The position numbers and the translations under genes were made by a program. Of a stretch of DNA of 64,000 bases, positions 55,580 through 64,000 are shown piece by piece. Under the pieces are notes generated by a model. That model searched no databases and was not told the DNA's origin. It saw nothing but the letters and a program-made list of their open reading frames with translations. The DNA is from a virus, in IMG/VR virus record IMGVR_UViG_3300033146_001382, positions 32,001 through 96,000 of that record; one strand, 5' to 3'. Every line of letters starts with the position of its first letter. Position 1 is the stretch's first letter.

Positions 55580-57598
55580 ATGTCGAATCCAGAGTGTGTA
55601 AATAGTTTTTGGGAAGCCTATGGTAATTCAGCCATGCTGGTTGAAATTGAAGCTGAGGGCCCCTCTGGAAGTTTAGCATTGCATGTATTGGATGTTTTTA
55701 ATATAGATGTTGCAGCTTCAACTCGTATAGGTGGTAATTTAAAAGGGCTAGATATAAAGCATATGGATGCAATGGCGGTCATAAATTTATCACTATTAGA
55801 AGAATTAGCTGACCGGTCAGGAGGGATGTTCGAGGCTATTGTAAATCCTGATGGAGAGGTAGAGTTTGTAGAGATAGGTGGGTCTATAGCTAGTTTAAGT
55901 TCTATATATTATCAAGTTCAGTCTTTTACTTACGTTGAAGAGTGTAAAGGTGTTTTACTTCGTGGGGGTAATATTATGCCTTCTTGGAAAGAACTAGATT
56001 GGAAACTAATATGGGGTAATGGAGAAGGTAAAGATATATTTCATACAACTCAAATGGTTACTAATTGTATGTATGATGATTTTAGTACTCATGCTACAAT
56101 TACCTTTAATGATCCTCACTTAGATAGTGAGTATGATGACGGTATAAATAATTTATACGAAATAGACAGTCCTTGGAATAAAATTATAGGCTATGCTAGA
56201 TTTATAGATTGTCCTAATGCCACTGAAGGCACTAAAATAGTATTAAACTCTTCTACTGTTATACCTATAGAGATAGGTGGTAATGGCGGGGCTAATGGTC
56301 CATACATGGGAACTTTAAAATCTAGACCTTCCCACGACCCTGATGCTGCAGACTACGCAGATTGTTGGCAATGGACTGAAGGTGGTGTTATAGGCACTGC
56401 CTCTGAGGGGGTAAGGATTGATTTGCCAAGCTCTTTACGTTTTCAAAATGTATCAGGACAAGTAGTAGATAAATTTGTTAAAGTAGAGGAAATACTTCTT
56501 GTAGGGCAAGAACTTTCAATGGTACACTCTGGAGCACTAAGCGATTCAGTGGCTGCAACCCAGGAGCCCTCAGATATAAATTCTATAGCATTAATCTCTA
56601 TTGACACTAAGAATCAATCTATCTTTAAACTAGAGGGGGGTAAGCATTATGCTATACTTTATGAAGATGAAGACGGCTTTAAACAACCTTATGTACTCTT
56701 TGCAAAAGACGCTAGATCTAATGAGTTTAAAGAATATGGTCAAAATACATCGTATATTATAAGTCAAACAGGGGCAGAGGGGCTAGTTCATGCTGGTGAG
56801 ACTGGTGTAGGCACTATTTTTCCTTTAGCCGATAACAGAGGAGTTTTAGTACAACAGATATTTGCACAAGTTTCTTTGGACACTCCAGCTATTACTGTAT
56901 TTGATCCGGAAATGGATGAACGTCATAACCAGACTAGAGCATTAGATTTAGCAGAAGAACTTAAATTTTGGGTTACACCTCTTATGGTAGAGGAACCTCC
57001 ATCTACCATAGCGTTTAATGGCACGATAATAGATCAACGTCCAGCAGTACAAGATAATGATCCTACAGTACCTCAGAATTTTGAGGACACCCCATTAGAG
57101 TTAGTTTATGATACGTTAGATGGTGGAAGTGGTATGGAACTCACTTTACCATTTTTTAATTCAGTAGAAGACGATGCTAAATTAGCTAGTTTATCTGCAT
57201 CTTTATATGACTTCATGAATTCAGGTACTGGTATTGATACTACCTATGTTTGTGGCCCAGATGTGGATGTGTCTTTAGGAGAAGTTGGTCCGGCAGGTGG
57301 AGTAATAAATAGTATTTCTTACTCATACACTGATTCTGGGTCTTATACTATCTCAGTTAATGAAGGCCCTAGAGTCATTAAAAACTTTTCAGGTGGTGGC
57401 CCAGCAGGTCCATCATTTAAAGCTTCAGAGTCTTTTAGTGCCAGAGGTACTATTATAGCTTCTCTAGGTAATGGTATGTTTTTTAAAGTTAGAATTGATG
57501 GATATGGGGAGAGAGTAGCTATAAATATGGCACCTTCTATTTTAAAAGTAGGTGATGTAGTACAATGTTCTGTACATAATAATCCGGCGGAGGTGTAA
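55580..57598 (+). CDS. Putative tail-tip hub/baseplate protein
   Basis: First gene after the TMP; C-terminal INSISYSYTDSGSYTISVNEGP is a hub-like beta motif, followed by an OB-like end (GTIIASLGNGMFFKVRIDG...LKVGDVV). Confidence 0.5.
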   Translation: MSNPECVNSFWEAYGNSAMLVEIEAEGPSGSLALHVLDVFNIDVAASTRIGGNLKGLDIKHMDAMAVINLSLLEELADRSGGMFEAIVNPDGEVEFVEIGGSIASLSSIYYQVQSFTYVEECKGVLLRGGNIMPSWKELDWKLIWGNGEGKDIFHTTQMVTNCMYDDFSTHATITFNDPHLDSEYDDGINNLYEIDSPWNKIIGYARFIDCPNATEGTKIVLNSSTVIPIEIGGNGGANGPYMGTLKSRPSHDPDAADYADCWQWTEGGVIGTASEGVRIDLPSSLRFQNVSGQVVDKFVKVEEILLVGQELSMVHSGALSDSVAATQEPSDINSIALISIDTKNQSIFKLEGGKHYAILYEDEDGFKQPYVLFAKDARSNEFKEYGQNTSYIISQTGAEGLVHAGETGVGTIFPLADNRGVLVQQIFAQVSLDTPAITVFDPEMDERHNQTRALDLAEELKFWVTPLMVEEPPSTIAFNGTIIDQRPAVQDNDPTVPQNFEDTPLELVYDTLDGGSGMELTLPFFNSVEDDAKLASLSASLYDFMNSGTGIDTTYVCGPDVDVSLGEVGPAGGVINSISYSYTDSGSYTISVNEGPRVIKNFSGGGPAGPSFKASESFSARGTIIASLGNGMFFKVRIDGYGERVAINMAPSILKVGDVVQCSVHNNPAEV

Positions 57599-57599
57599 A

Positions 57600-58169
57600 A
57601 TGACTATTGAATTAGTTCCAATAAGGGCAGTTATTAAAATAGGGGATTTAGAAGTTAGGACTCCTTTTGTACAATCCTTTAATGTAAGAAAAACTAGAGG
57701 TCAACTTAGTACTTTTGATGCTACTTTAAAAGTAGATCATTCACAGATTTCTAGTAGTAATATTGGTGGTTTTGTAACTATTAGTGCTGGTAGTAATAGG
57801 ATACGAAAAATTTATACAGGTATTTTAAAAAAGTCAACAGTTTCACCTTGTTGGGATGACCCTGGTTATGTTTTATTAAATATTAGTGGTACTGATATTT
57901 TAAGTCATTTACAGGGAAAGAAGTATACTAGAAGATGTAGAGCTACTAAAAGTACATGGATTAGTATAGACTCTGTTACTAGGGAGGGACTAAGAGATGG
58001 TAAATTTAAAAAAGACTATCAAGTCTTAGAGTCACTACCTACTTCTATTGAGAAGGCTAAAGAAGTTATTAAAACACCTATGCCGACACATGTGGCAACG
58101 CCACAAAATTCACCTACAGAAAAAGTAGTTCTTATAAATGTTACTTCAGTAGTTACACCTACTGGATAA
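57600..58169 (+). CDS. Putative tail-tip protein (hub N-terminal-like)
   Basis: FVQSFNVRKTRGQLSTFDATLKV...KIYTGILK...LLNISGTDILSHL. Confidence 0.45.
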   Translation: MTIELVPIRAVIKIGDLEVRTPFVQSFNVRKTRGQLSTFDATLKVDHSQISSSNIGGFVTISAGSNRIRKIYTGILKKSTVSPCWDDPGYVLLNISGTDILSHLQGKKYTRRCRATKSTWISIDSVTREGLRDGKFKKDYQVLESLPTSIEKAKEVIKTPMPTHVATPQNSPTEKVVLINVTSVVTPTG

Positions 58170-58185
58170 ATGGGGGATTGAATAA

Positions 58186-58578
58186 ATGGCTAATATAACA
58201 AATATTTCAGTGAATCTTAGTGCAGGACAAACTTATACTATTATGGTGCCTGTTAATATGTCTAATAATATGGGGTATTTCCCAAGACGAGGAAATATTA
58301 CTTTAGAGAATGGAGAAACTATTACCTTTCAACAAGGATTTTATGTAGAAAATGAAGAGGTAGGTGAGATAGTTACAGTACATAGTGATAAAGTAGCCAT
58401 AGATTATAAGTACAAGCTTCCCGAGCAAACCTCTATTTGGTTTGTAGCTCATACAGGTGAACGTGCTAGAATTATTATTTCTAGTATGCAGGTACATGAT
58501 CATGCTTCTATTGTAACTGGCGGTCCTGCATATAGCACATATTTTAGTGATACAGACGCACCAGAGGAGTCAATTTAA
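58186..58578 (+). CDS. Hypothetical tail-tip region protein
   Basis: ORF with overlapping stop/start in the operon. Confidence 0.55.
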   Translation: MANITNISVNLSAGQTYTIMVPVNMSNNMGYFPRRGNITLENGETITFQQGFYVENEEVGEIVTVHSDKVAIDYKYKLPEQTSIWFVAHTGERARIIISSMQVHDHASIVTGGPAYSTYFSDTDAPEESI

Positions 58579-59177
58579 TGAGCGGTTGCTGTAATTTAGT
58601 AGGTAATTTTTTATCAGAAACAGGTTTACAACTTCCAGGTGGTTGTTTTATTTCTGTTAATACTAATATAAACACTGAATATTCAGATCAAGGATGTGAT
58701 TCTATGTTAGGAGGCTACACTGTTGGGTCTATGAATTTATCAGCCTATGTGAGTACTGAAGTGTATACTGGATGTGGAGGGAGGGCTGGAGCTCAGGTAA
58801 TTTGGATACGTAAGTATGATTGTGAATTAGATTTACTTCATTTTATATTTGCTGGTGAAGGTAGGTCATTTTTATCTGACGATATTAGTGGGTTTGGAAC
58901 TATTTCGTTAAATAATACTTATCCAAATCGCACTAGATCTTTAAGTGCCTCTGCTCAATCAGGCCCAACAAGTTTTTATACGGATGTTATTCAAATAGAA
59001 GGTAAAGGTATGGCTTATAGTGGGGGTCCTATTAGTTTTGACACTTCAAACCAGGCTGGATGCACATTAGCAAATATGGGGTTGGGAGTAAGTGATTATT
59101 ATTTACAAAATTTTAGCATAGAATTAGTACCAGGGGCTATCCCTGTAGCTAATTATACATTTGCCTACACCCCTTAA
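58578..59177 (+). CDS. Hypothetical tail-tip region protein (tube-fold-like)
   Basis: Beta-rich; ends LQNFSIELVPGAIPVANYTFAY. Confidence 0.45.
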   Translation: MSGCCNLVGNFLSETGLQLPGGCFISVNTNINTEYSDQGCDSMLGGYTVGSMNLSAYVSTEVYTGCGGRAGAQVIWIRKYDCELDLLHFIFAGEGRSFLSDDISGFGTISLNNTYPNRTRSLSASAQSGPTSFYTDVIQIEGKGMAYSGGPISFDTSNQAGCTLANMGLGVSDYYLQNFSIELVPGAIPVANYTFAYTP

Positions 59178-59191
59178 GGAGGAATTTAATA

Positions 59192-59476
59192 ATGGCTGTT
59201 AGTGATATAGGTATTCAATATAAATTAAGAGCAGGTAGTCCTATGCCTACTGCTACTCTAGGTAATTTTGTACTACATTCTTTTATGGCATCAATTTCTG
59301 AAGTTAGGGTAGATAATTGTATAGCAAGCTTACCGTCTAGTAGTGACTTTAGAGGACAAGGTGGGTCATATATGTCAGCTAGTTACTCCAGGCTTCCTTT
59401 GTCAGAAGAGAGATTTAAAGGTAAAATAAATGATAGTGGTGCTTATGTAGATGAACATATGGGAGGTTATAATTAG
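59192..59476 (+). CDS. Hypothetical protein (94 aa)
   Basis: RBS AAGGAGG. Confidence 0.6.
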   Translation: MAVSDIGIQYKLRAGSPMPTATLGNFVLHSFMASISEVRVDNCIASLPSSSDFRGQGGSYMSASYSRLPLSEERFKGKINDSGAYVDEHMGGYN

Positions 59477-59482
59477 TTAGTT

Positions 59483-59728
59483 ATGCCTACTTTTATAGAG
59501 TGTGAGTCTTTATCAATAAGTTATAATGAAATGGGGATAGCTACTATTAATTATACTTTAATATCCACAGAGGAATCCCCAAGTTTTAATTATAATAGTA
59601 TTGAAGCCGGACAACTTTTATTTACTGGAGTAGTCACTGATGTGTATTCTCAAATTATACCTAATACTGAGAATGCTACTAATGGTCCATGGTTTTCTAT
59701 AAATGTTACATTATTAGCTACTAGTTGA
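59483..59728 (+). CDS. Hypothetical protein (81 aa)
   Basis: Operon context; beta-rich. Confidence 0.55.
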   Translation: MPTFIECESLSISYNEMGIATINYTLISTEESPSFNYNSIEAGQLLFTGVVTDVYSQIIPNTENATNGPWFSINVTLLATS

Positions 59729-59745
59729 TATAGGAGGAATAAATT

Positions 59746-59970
59746 ATGGCATGTGGTGGATGTGGTAGACGAAGAAAAGCTCCTAATACCAGGGCAGTTA
59801 CTCCAGAAGCGTATGATTTAACAGGAGGTATGGATGTTAGGAGTTTAAATAATAGACAAATAAAGGCAAGATTAGAAGTATTTAAGCGTAAATTTTGTAA
59901 AACATGTAGTATTAGGTACTTATGTGATTATACTACTTATTTAGAGTGTAAAGGGCTTAACCCACAGTAA
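59746..59970 (+). CDS. Small Cys-rich protein (74 aa)
   Basis: RBS AGGAGG; MACGGCGRRR...FCKTC...LC...EC. Confidence 0.65.
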   Translation: MACGGCGRRRKAPNTRAVTPEAYDLTGGMDVRSLNNRQIKARLEVFKRKFCKTCSIRYLCDYTTYLECKGLNPQ

Positions 59971-59975
59971 TTAAG

Positions 59976-59994
59976 TAACCTAATATATTATAGA
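59976..59994 (+). promoter_or_regulatory. Candidate phage promoter motif TAACC-N10-TAGA
   Basis: taattaagtaacc-taatatatta-taga directly before the RBS of 60010. Confidence 0.5.
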
Positions 59995-60009
59995 AAGGAG
60001 AAATAAAAT

Positions 60010-60690
60010 ATGAGTATTCAAGTTATCATAGGACAAGCTACCAATGTATCTCTGGATGGTACAGTATGTGCCATTTCAGCGAATTGGGGTTTTGAGCCTG
60101 GAAAGCAGGACGCTTTTTGTTTAGGTAGTTGGACACCTAGTACTGAGCATATGATTTTTAAGCCTCAACAAACACTAAGTATCACCTTATATGCCCCCGG
60201 CCCAACACACAGTGTTATACCATCAAATTCTTGTGATATGTCAGATACTATAGCAGCATCAGTGTCCCCTGCTACTTGTAATGGTGTCATAGAGGGATTA
60301 TCTGGAGATTGGATGGTTACTAGTTATAATTATTCTAAAGAAGCTAAAGATCAACCAGCTCAAGAGAGTTGGTCACTTATTAAATATATCGGGGCTAGTG
60401 CATATTTATCTGGTCAAGCAGCATCAAGAGCAGTAGAACCTTCTACTATTTTGAGAGGTATTTCTCAAGGGCAGACTACTGATACTGCAGTAACTGGTAT
60501 AATATTTGATAGTGCAGGGGCTTATGCTACTTCTGTAAATGGTAGTGTATCAGCGGGGGCTATAGGTAAGTCTACTACAATGCAACATGGGGTAGTTGAA
60601 TCTATTGGTGGGGGTTCAAGTAGTGTTTCTGTGCAAGGAACTGGAAGTGCATCTATTCCTTTAAACCCCATTTATTCGGATATAACTTAA
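60010..60690 (+). CDS. Putative tube-like/distal tail protein
   Basis: ISANWGFEPGKQDAFCLG...KPQQTLSITLY resembles tube-fold strand order; RBS AAAGGAG. Confidence 0.4.
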   Translation: MSIQVIIGQATNVSLDGTVCAISANWGFEPGKQDAFCLGSWTPSTEHMIFKPQQTLSITLYAPGPTHSVIPSNSCDMSDTIAASVSPATCNGVIEGLSGDWMVTSYNYSKEAKDQPAQESWSLIKYIGASAYLSGQAASRAVEPSTILRGISQGQTTDTAVTGIIFDSAGAYATSVNGSVSAGAIGKSTTMQHGVVESIGGGSSSVSVQGTGSASIPLNPIYSDIT

Positions 60691-60692
60691 TT

Positions 60693-61127
60693 ATGCGTGA
60701 ATTTTTATTATCAGAGCAGTTTAAGTTAGAACTACATTGGAAAACAGCTATGTATAATCAACCAGGTATATGTGTATTAGATGGAGCCTACTTTATGGGC
60801 CCTGTATTACAAGTAGCTGCTAAGATTGAACCTAATGACTACATGATGTTGGACTTATATTCTCAGTACATAATGTTGGTAAAAGGTGCTTATGTAGTTA
60901 AGTTTTTATGGGATGAAGTTACTTATAATTCAGATAGTTCAAAAGTTTTTTTAACTAATGCTAGATTAGAACATGAGATGGATTTAAATACTACACCTAA
61001 TTTAAAGTCTAGTGACTATTTTGTTATTGATACTAGCGATCATGAAATTAGTGTACATAAGTATCATTTAGTATATAAAACCTTCTTAATTAACCCTGAC
61101 AATACTTTGTATAGGTTTAATAAATGA
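60693..61127 (+). CDS. Hypothetical protein (144 aa)
   Basis: Operon context. Confidence 0.6.
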   Translation: MREFLLSEQFKLELHWKTAMYNQPGICVLDGAYFMGPVLQVAAKIEPNDYMMLDLYSQYIMLVKGAYVVKFLWDEVTYNSDSSKVFLTNARLEHEMDLNTTPNLKSSDYFVIDTSDHEISVHKYHLVYKTFLINPDNTLYRFNK

Positions 61128-61618
61128 GTTATAAAGAGAAACTTTGTGCACCTGTATCTGGTATGTCTAATGAAGATATTTGGAGAGAGATACGTGCTTT
61201 AGTTGGGGGCACTACAGTTGATACACCAGACGCTATAGCTAGAATGAATCAAGAAATAGTAGACTATAATATATGGGTAGCTCAGAATGGTGTAGTGCCT
61301 TTTGATAGATGGTTAAGGTGGTTAATAAGGATAGGCACTACTAGATATAATAATTTAGCTACTACTAAAGTAAATGAGGGCAAAGTAGGCCATGGGTATG
61401 CGCCATGTCCCTACTCTTTACAGAGTGGTGAAGTTAGAACTAGACTTATGTTAGGACTTACAGATAGTGATCCTTTACCTGTAAGAACTAATCATATAGA
61501 CTCAGGTATAACTTATTTTTTAAGTACAACATCCAAAGGGAGTAGGTGGGGCCAAGGGTGTACATTTATTGGTTGCCCCTATTATATTTTAAATGGATCA
61601 CAATTTTTTTATGTTTAA
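61124..61618 (+). CDS. Hypothetical protein (164 aa)
   Basis: ATGA overlap with the previous gene. Confidence 0.6.
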   Translation: MSYKEKLCAPVSGMSNEDIWREIRALVGGTTVDTPDAIARMNQEIVDYNIWVAQNGVVPFDRWLRWLIRIGTTRYNNLATTKVNEGKVGHGYAPCPYSLQSGEVRTRLMLGLTDSDPLPVRTNHIDSGITYFLSTTSKGSRWGQGCTFIGCPYYILNGSQFFYV

Positions 61619-61670
61619 ATACTATCGAATAATAAAGAGTTAAAAACAACTATTAAAGGAGGAATTTAAA

Positions 61671-62651
61671 TTGGCAATTAATATAGACACACAGGACCTA
61701 GAAAATTTTCCTGGCACAACAAAGAGAATTACAATTGATTTAAGTAGCATAGTACCTATAGGTGCAGAGGGGGATGAGAAATTTGTATTAAGTACAGCTA
61801 CTAATTCGTATAGTGATAATGAGGAGCGTACTCGTATACAAGAACTTTATATTACTGATATGGTAGCAGGGTGGTGTAAAAGTTCTGGCTTTGCTGGATC
61901 TGCAGGTAAATTCTATTTGGATGATACCCATAATAGTTTAAAAGTACGTATGGACGCTACAGTAAGTGGTATTGATGGTAGTGGTTTTTATACTATAGCA
62001 TTAACCCCGAATGACGACAACACCCCAGTAGCAGGTGAAGTTGTAGCTGCAGAGTTAGAAATTAAAATAAGGGCTATTAGTGACATACTGGCTCCAGTGG
62101 ATGCAGGATTTTCTATGGCGTATAAAAACGCTTCAGTTGAATTTAAGAATGGTAAGTTTTGGGTAATTTCAGGCAGTATAAGTCATTATTATTCAGGCAA
62201 TTTACGATCTTCAGTAGTCATAATAGATGCCGATACTAATGGGTGCTCTCAGGTCCTAGGCTTTGATTTACCTACTACTAGTTTTGACTTATCAAACGTA
62301 GCTGTTAAAGAAACTTTACTTAACTCAGATTATACATCTGACTCTACGACTTTAAGTGTAAATACTGGAACAGGGGCAACCGCAGGGATGTCTTTTATGA
62401 TTACTGATGGTATTAATACGGAATATTTCACTGCATTGTCTGGAACTACAGATTCAAGTATAAAAGTAGCTACTTTAGGTGTAAATGGGTATACAGGAAT
62501 AACTAACTCATATACGGCTAATAACGCTAAGCTGCAGCTTATGAGGGAACAAGATCCAGAGAGTGTTCCTACCAATTGGTATACTTCTATTGATCAATTA
62601 GTACGTTATGGTATAAAGGTAATGGCAAGTCAGATTGATTATAGTAGTTAA
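61671..62651 (+). CDS. Putative virion structural protein (326 aa)
   Basis: TTG start with AAGGAGG; S/T/G-rich beta protein. Confidence 0.55.
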   Translation: MAINIDTQDLENFPGTTKRITIDLSSIVPIGAEGDEKFVLSTATNSYSDNEERTRIQELYITDMVAGWCKSSGFAGSAGKFYLDDTHNSLKVRMDATVSGIDGSGFYTIALTPNDDNTPVAGEVVAAELEIKIRAISDILAPVDAGFSMAYKNASVEFKNGKFWVISGSISHYYSGNLRSSVVIIDADTNGCSQVLGFDLPTTSFDLSNVAVKETLLNSDYTSDSTTLSVNTGTGATAGMSFMITDGINTEYFTALSGTTDSSIKVATLGVNGYTGITNSYTANNAKLQLMREQDPESVPTNWYTSIDQLVRYGIKVMASQIDYSS

Positions 62652-62670
62652 TTTTTAAGAGGTAATTATT

Positions 62671-63093
62671 ATGAAAGTATATGAATTTTGGAATAGGTTA
62701 TGTATTGACTTAGATTATAGGGTTTTTTCAGGTGTACCAATAAAAGAATTAAAGACTATTTATGAGTCTATGTCCCCAGAATTTTTGCATTTTATTCCTA
62801 CACTAACTGAAGAAATAGCTCTAGGCTTAATTAGTGGCGCAAAAATTACAGGAACTAAGGGTGTAGTTATGGTAGCAGCAGAAGCATTTGATAGTTTTAA
62901 TGCTCAATTTAAGAGATTTAATTGTGCGTTTGAAATTCCGGTGTTATTTATTGTGGAAACTGAGTATAACCCATTGAATTTATACTGTAAAGTGTTAGCA
63001 GATGATCTCAGTGTTATTGATACTTTGATAGATCATATGGATACTACTAATGAGTCTGTTATTTTAGTAGTAAAAGAAGGAGTTTTGGTATGA
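62671..63093 (+). CDS. Degenerate ThDP-dependent decarboxylase alpha/PYR-domain-like protein (ComD or phosphonopyruvate decarboxylase N-half)
   Basis: FSGVP...EEIALGLISGAKITG...VVMV...FEIPVLFIV follows the ComD/AepY pattern, but the QNSG motif is replaced by AAEA. Confidence 0.65.
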   Translation: MKVYEFWNRLCIDLDYRVFSGVPIKELKTIYESMSPEFLHFIPTLTEEIALGLISGAKITGTKGVVMVAAEAFDSFNAQFKRFNCAFEIPVLFIVETEYNPLNLYCKVLADDLSVIDTLIDHMDTTNESVILVVKEGVLV

Positions 63094-63725
63094 TTATTAC
63101 TAGGAAGAGGGTTTTAACTGGTATAAAAGATTTAGTATCTCAGGATGACATAGTTTTTTGTATTGGTAAGACATTAAGTAAAGAAGCTAGCATTTTTACA
63201 GAACATACTATTTTTATAGATGATAATTTTGTAGATTTTTTGTCGATAATTACGGGTCTGGCTATGACTACTGAGAGACGAGTACTTATTATAATTGAAG
63301 ATCAGTATATGCTTAAATATTTTAATACTATTTTACAGATAGCTGTTAGTAAGTGTACTAATTTATTTATAATTACTATAGTTACCTCATTATATGATGT
63401 AGTTATACCTCAAACTAATTTATTTAATACTTTAAGATCTATTAAGGGGATATTATTTAATTCTGGTATTTTAACCCATGAGTATACTAAATACTTTGAA
63501 ACTAAAGCGTCTGTAAAACAATTAAAAGGTATATATGATAGTACTATTGGTCCAGTTATAGGTTTGGTAGCAATATCTAGTAATAGATTATATAATGTAG
63601 GAGACAATGTGTCCACTTTTAAAGATTTATCTGATTTAGGTGAATATATACAAACAACTCCTACTGCTAATTTATTTTCTAAAGACAAAGTTTCTAGTTT
63701 AGATGATATTATGATGGATAAATAA
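63090..63725 (+). CDS. Degenerate ThDP-dependent decarboxylase beta/PP-domain-like protein (ComE-like)
   Basis: TRKRVL...DDIVFCIG...SKE...SIITGLAM...RVLIIIEDQYML...NLFIITIVTSLY..VIPQ follows the ComE pattern, but GDG is replaced by EDQ and the DN motif is absent; ATGA overlap. Confidence 0.6.
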   Translation: MIITRKRVLTGIKDLVSQDDIVFCIGKTLSKEASIFTEHTIFIDDNFVDFLSIITGLAMTTERRVLIIIEDQYMLKYFNTILQIAVSKCTNLFIITIVTSLYDVVIPQTNLFNTLRSIKGILFNSGILTHEYTKYFETKASVKQLKGIYDSTIGPVIGLVAISSNRLYNVGDNVSTFKDLSDLGEYIQTTPTANLFSKDKVSSLDDIMMDK

Positions 63726-64000
63726 ATGGCACATATATTAGTTAAAAATAGTCTAAGTAACTATAAAGCAGCATTAGTAGATATTAATTTTCCAATAGTC
63801 GTTACTACTGATTCAGAAGGGGACCCAAAATGGGTATTAGAGACTGCTTCTACGTACCCATCAGCTAGTGGTACTAAGATTAACCCTGTTTATGCACATA
63901 AGATTACAGCATTTAATAGCTTAGACGATGCGGTAGCCAAGGCTATTTCAGAAATAGCTAAGCAAATAGATTGGGACCCTTTAGTTGTTGATGCTACTTC
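63726..64000 (+). CDS. Hypothetical protein, 3'-partial
   Basis: ATG at 63726 directly after the previous stop; the frame stays open (MAHILVKNSLSNYKAALVDINFP...) to the window end. Confidence 0.65.
   Translation, partial: MAHILVKNSLSNYKAALVDINFPIVVTTDSEGDPKWVLETASTYPSASGTKINPVYAHKITAFNSLDDAVAKAISEIAKQIDWDPLVVDAT

Noticed and set aside
7135-63688. The many 60-200 aa minus-strand and alternate-frame ORFs in the track (for example 34698-35312, 46536-47129, 44505-44870, 54792-55211, 7196-7438)
   Set aside because: All lie within long + strand genes, show no recognisable motifs, and have the composition expected of antisense shadows of the real reading frames.
1-64000. Stop-codon reassignment (code 15 or code 4), as seen in some large phages
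   Set aside because: Genes tile densely under the standard code, and TAA, TAG and TGA all end genes that are followed immediately by an RBS and a new start.
1-64000. tRNA, rRNA, integrase or transposase genes
   Set aside because: Intergenic gaps are short and no cloverleaf or recombinase motifs were seen by eye; a tRNAscan run would be needed to exclude them formally.

Overview
The window is a 64-kb, AT-rich, densely coded, entirely + strand virion morphogenesis module of a large tailed dsDNA phage. It uses the standard genetic code, and its strong AGGAG(G) ribosome-binding sites suggest a low-GC, Bacillota-like host (inference). Gene order: intein-containing terminase large subunit (5'-truncated), portal, prohead protease, scaffold, decoration protein, major capsid protein, a long cluster of modular fibre/spike genes with an embedded sulfatase-like + U32-like pair and a permuted NlpC/P60 enzyme, neck/head-closure genes, a two-domain tail tube protein (no sheath seen, so probably a long non-contractile tail), tail assembly chaperones, a 7,756-aa giant protein, tail-tip genes, and a degenerate ThDP-decarboxylase-like gene pair. 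Key observation: the giant protein is a tape measure protein (TMP) whose N-terminal half carries, in one chain, an ordered set of beta- then beta'-type two-barrel RNA polymerase motifs, including NLDFDGD at 39676-39696. These are followed by a PD-(D/E)xK nuclease domain and then a TP901-type TMP core. A tape-fused virion RNAP has one precedent I know of (Thermus phage P23-45 gp96, 5,002 aa). This one is about 1.5 times larger, keeps many recognisable cellular-type motifs and adds a nuclease. A recurring TAACC-N10-TAGA motif upstream of several gene blocks is a candidate phage-specific promoter. All assignments come from reading motifs by eye; no database searches were run.
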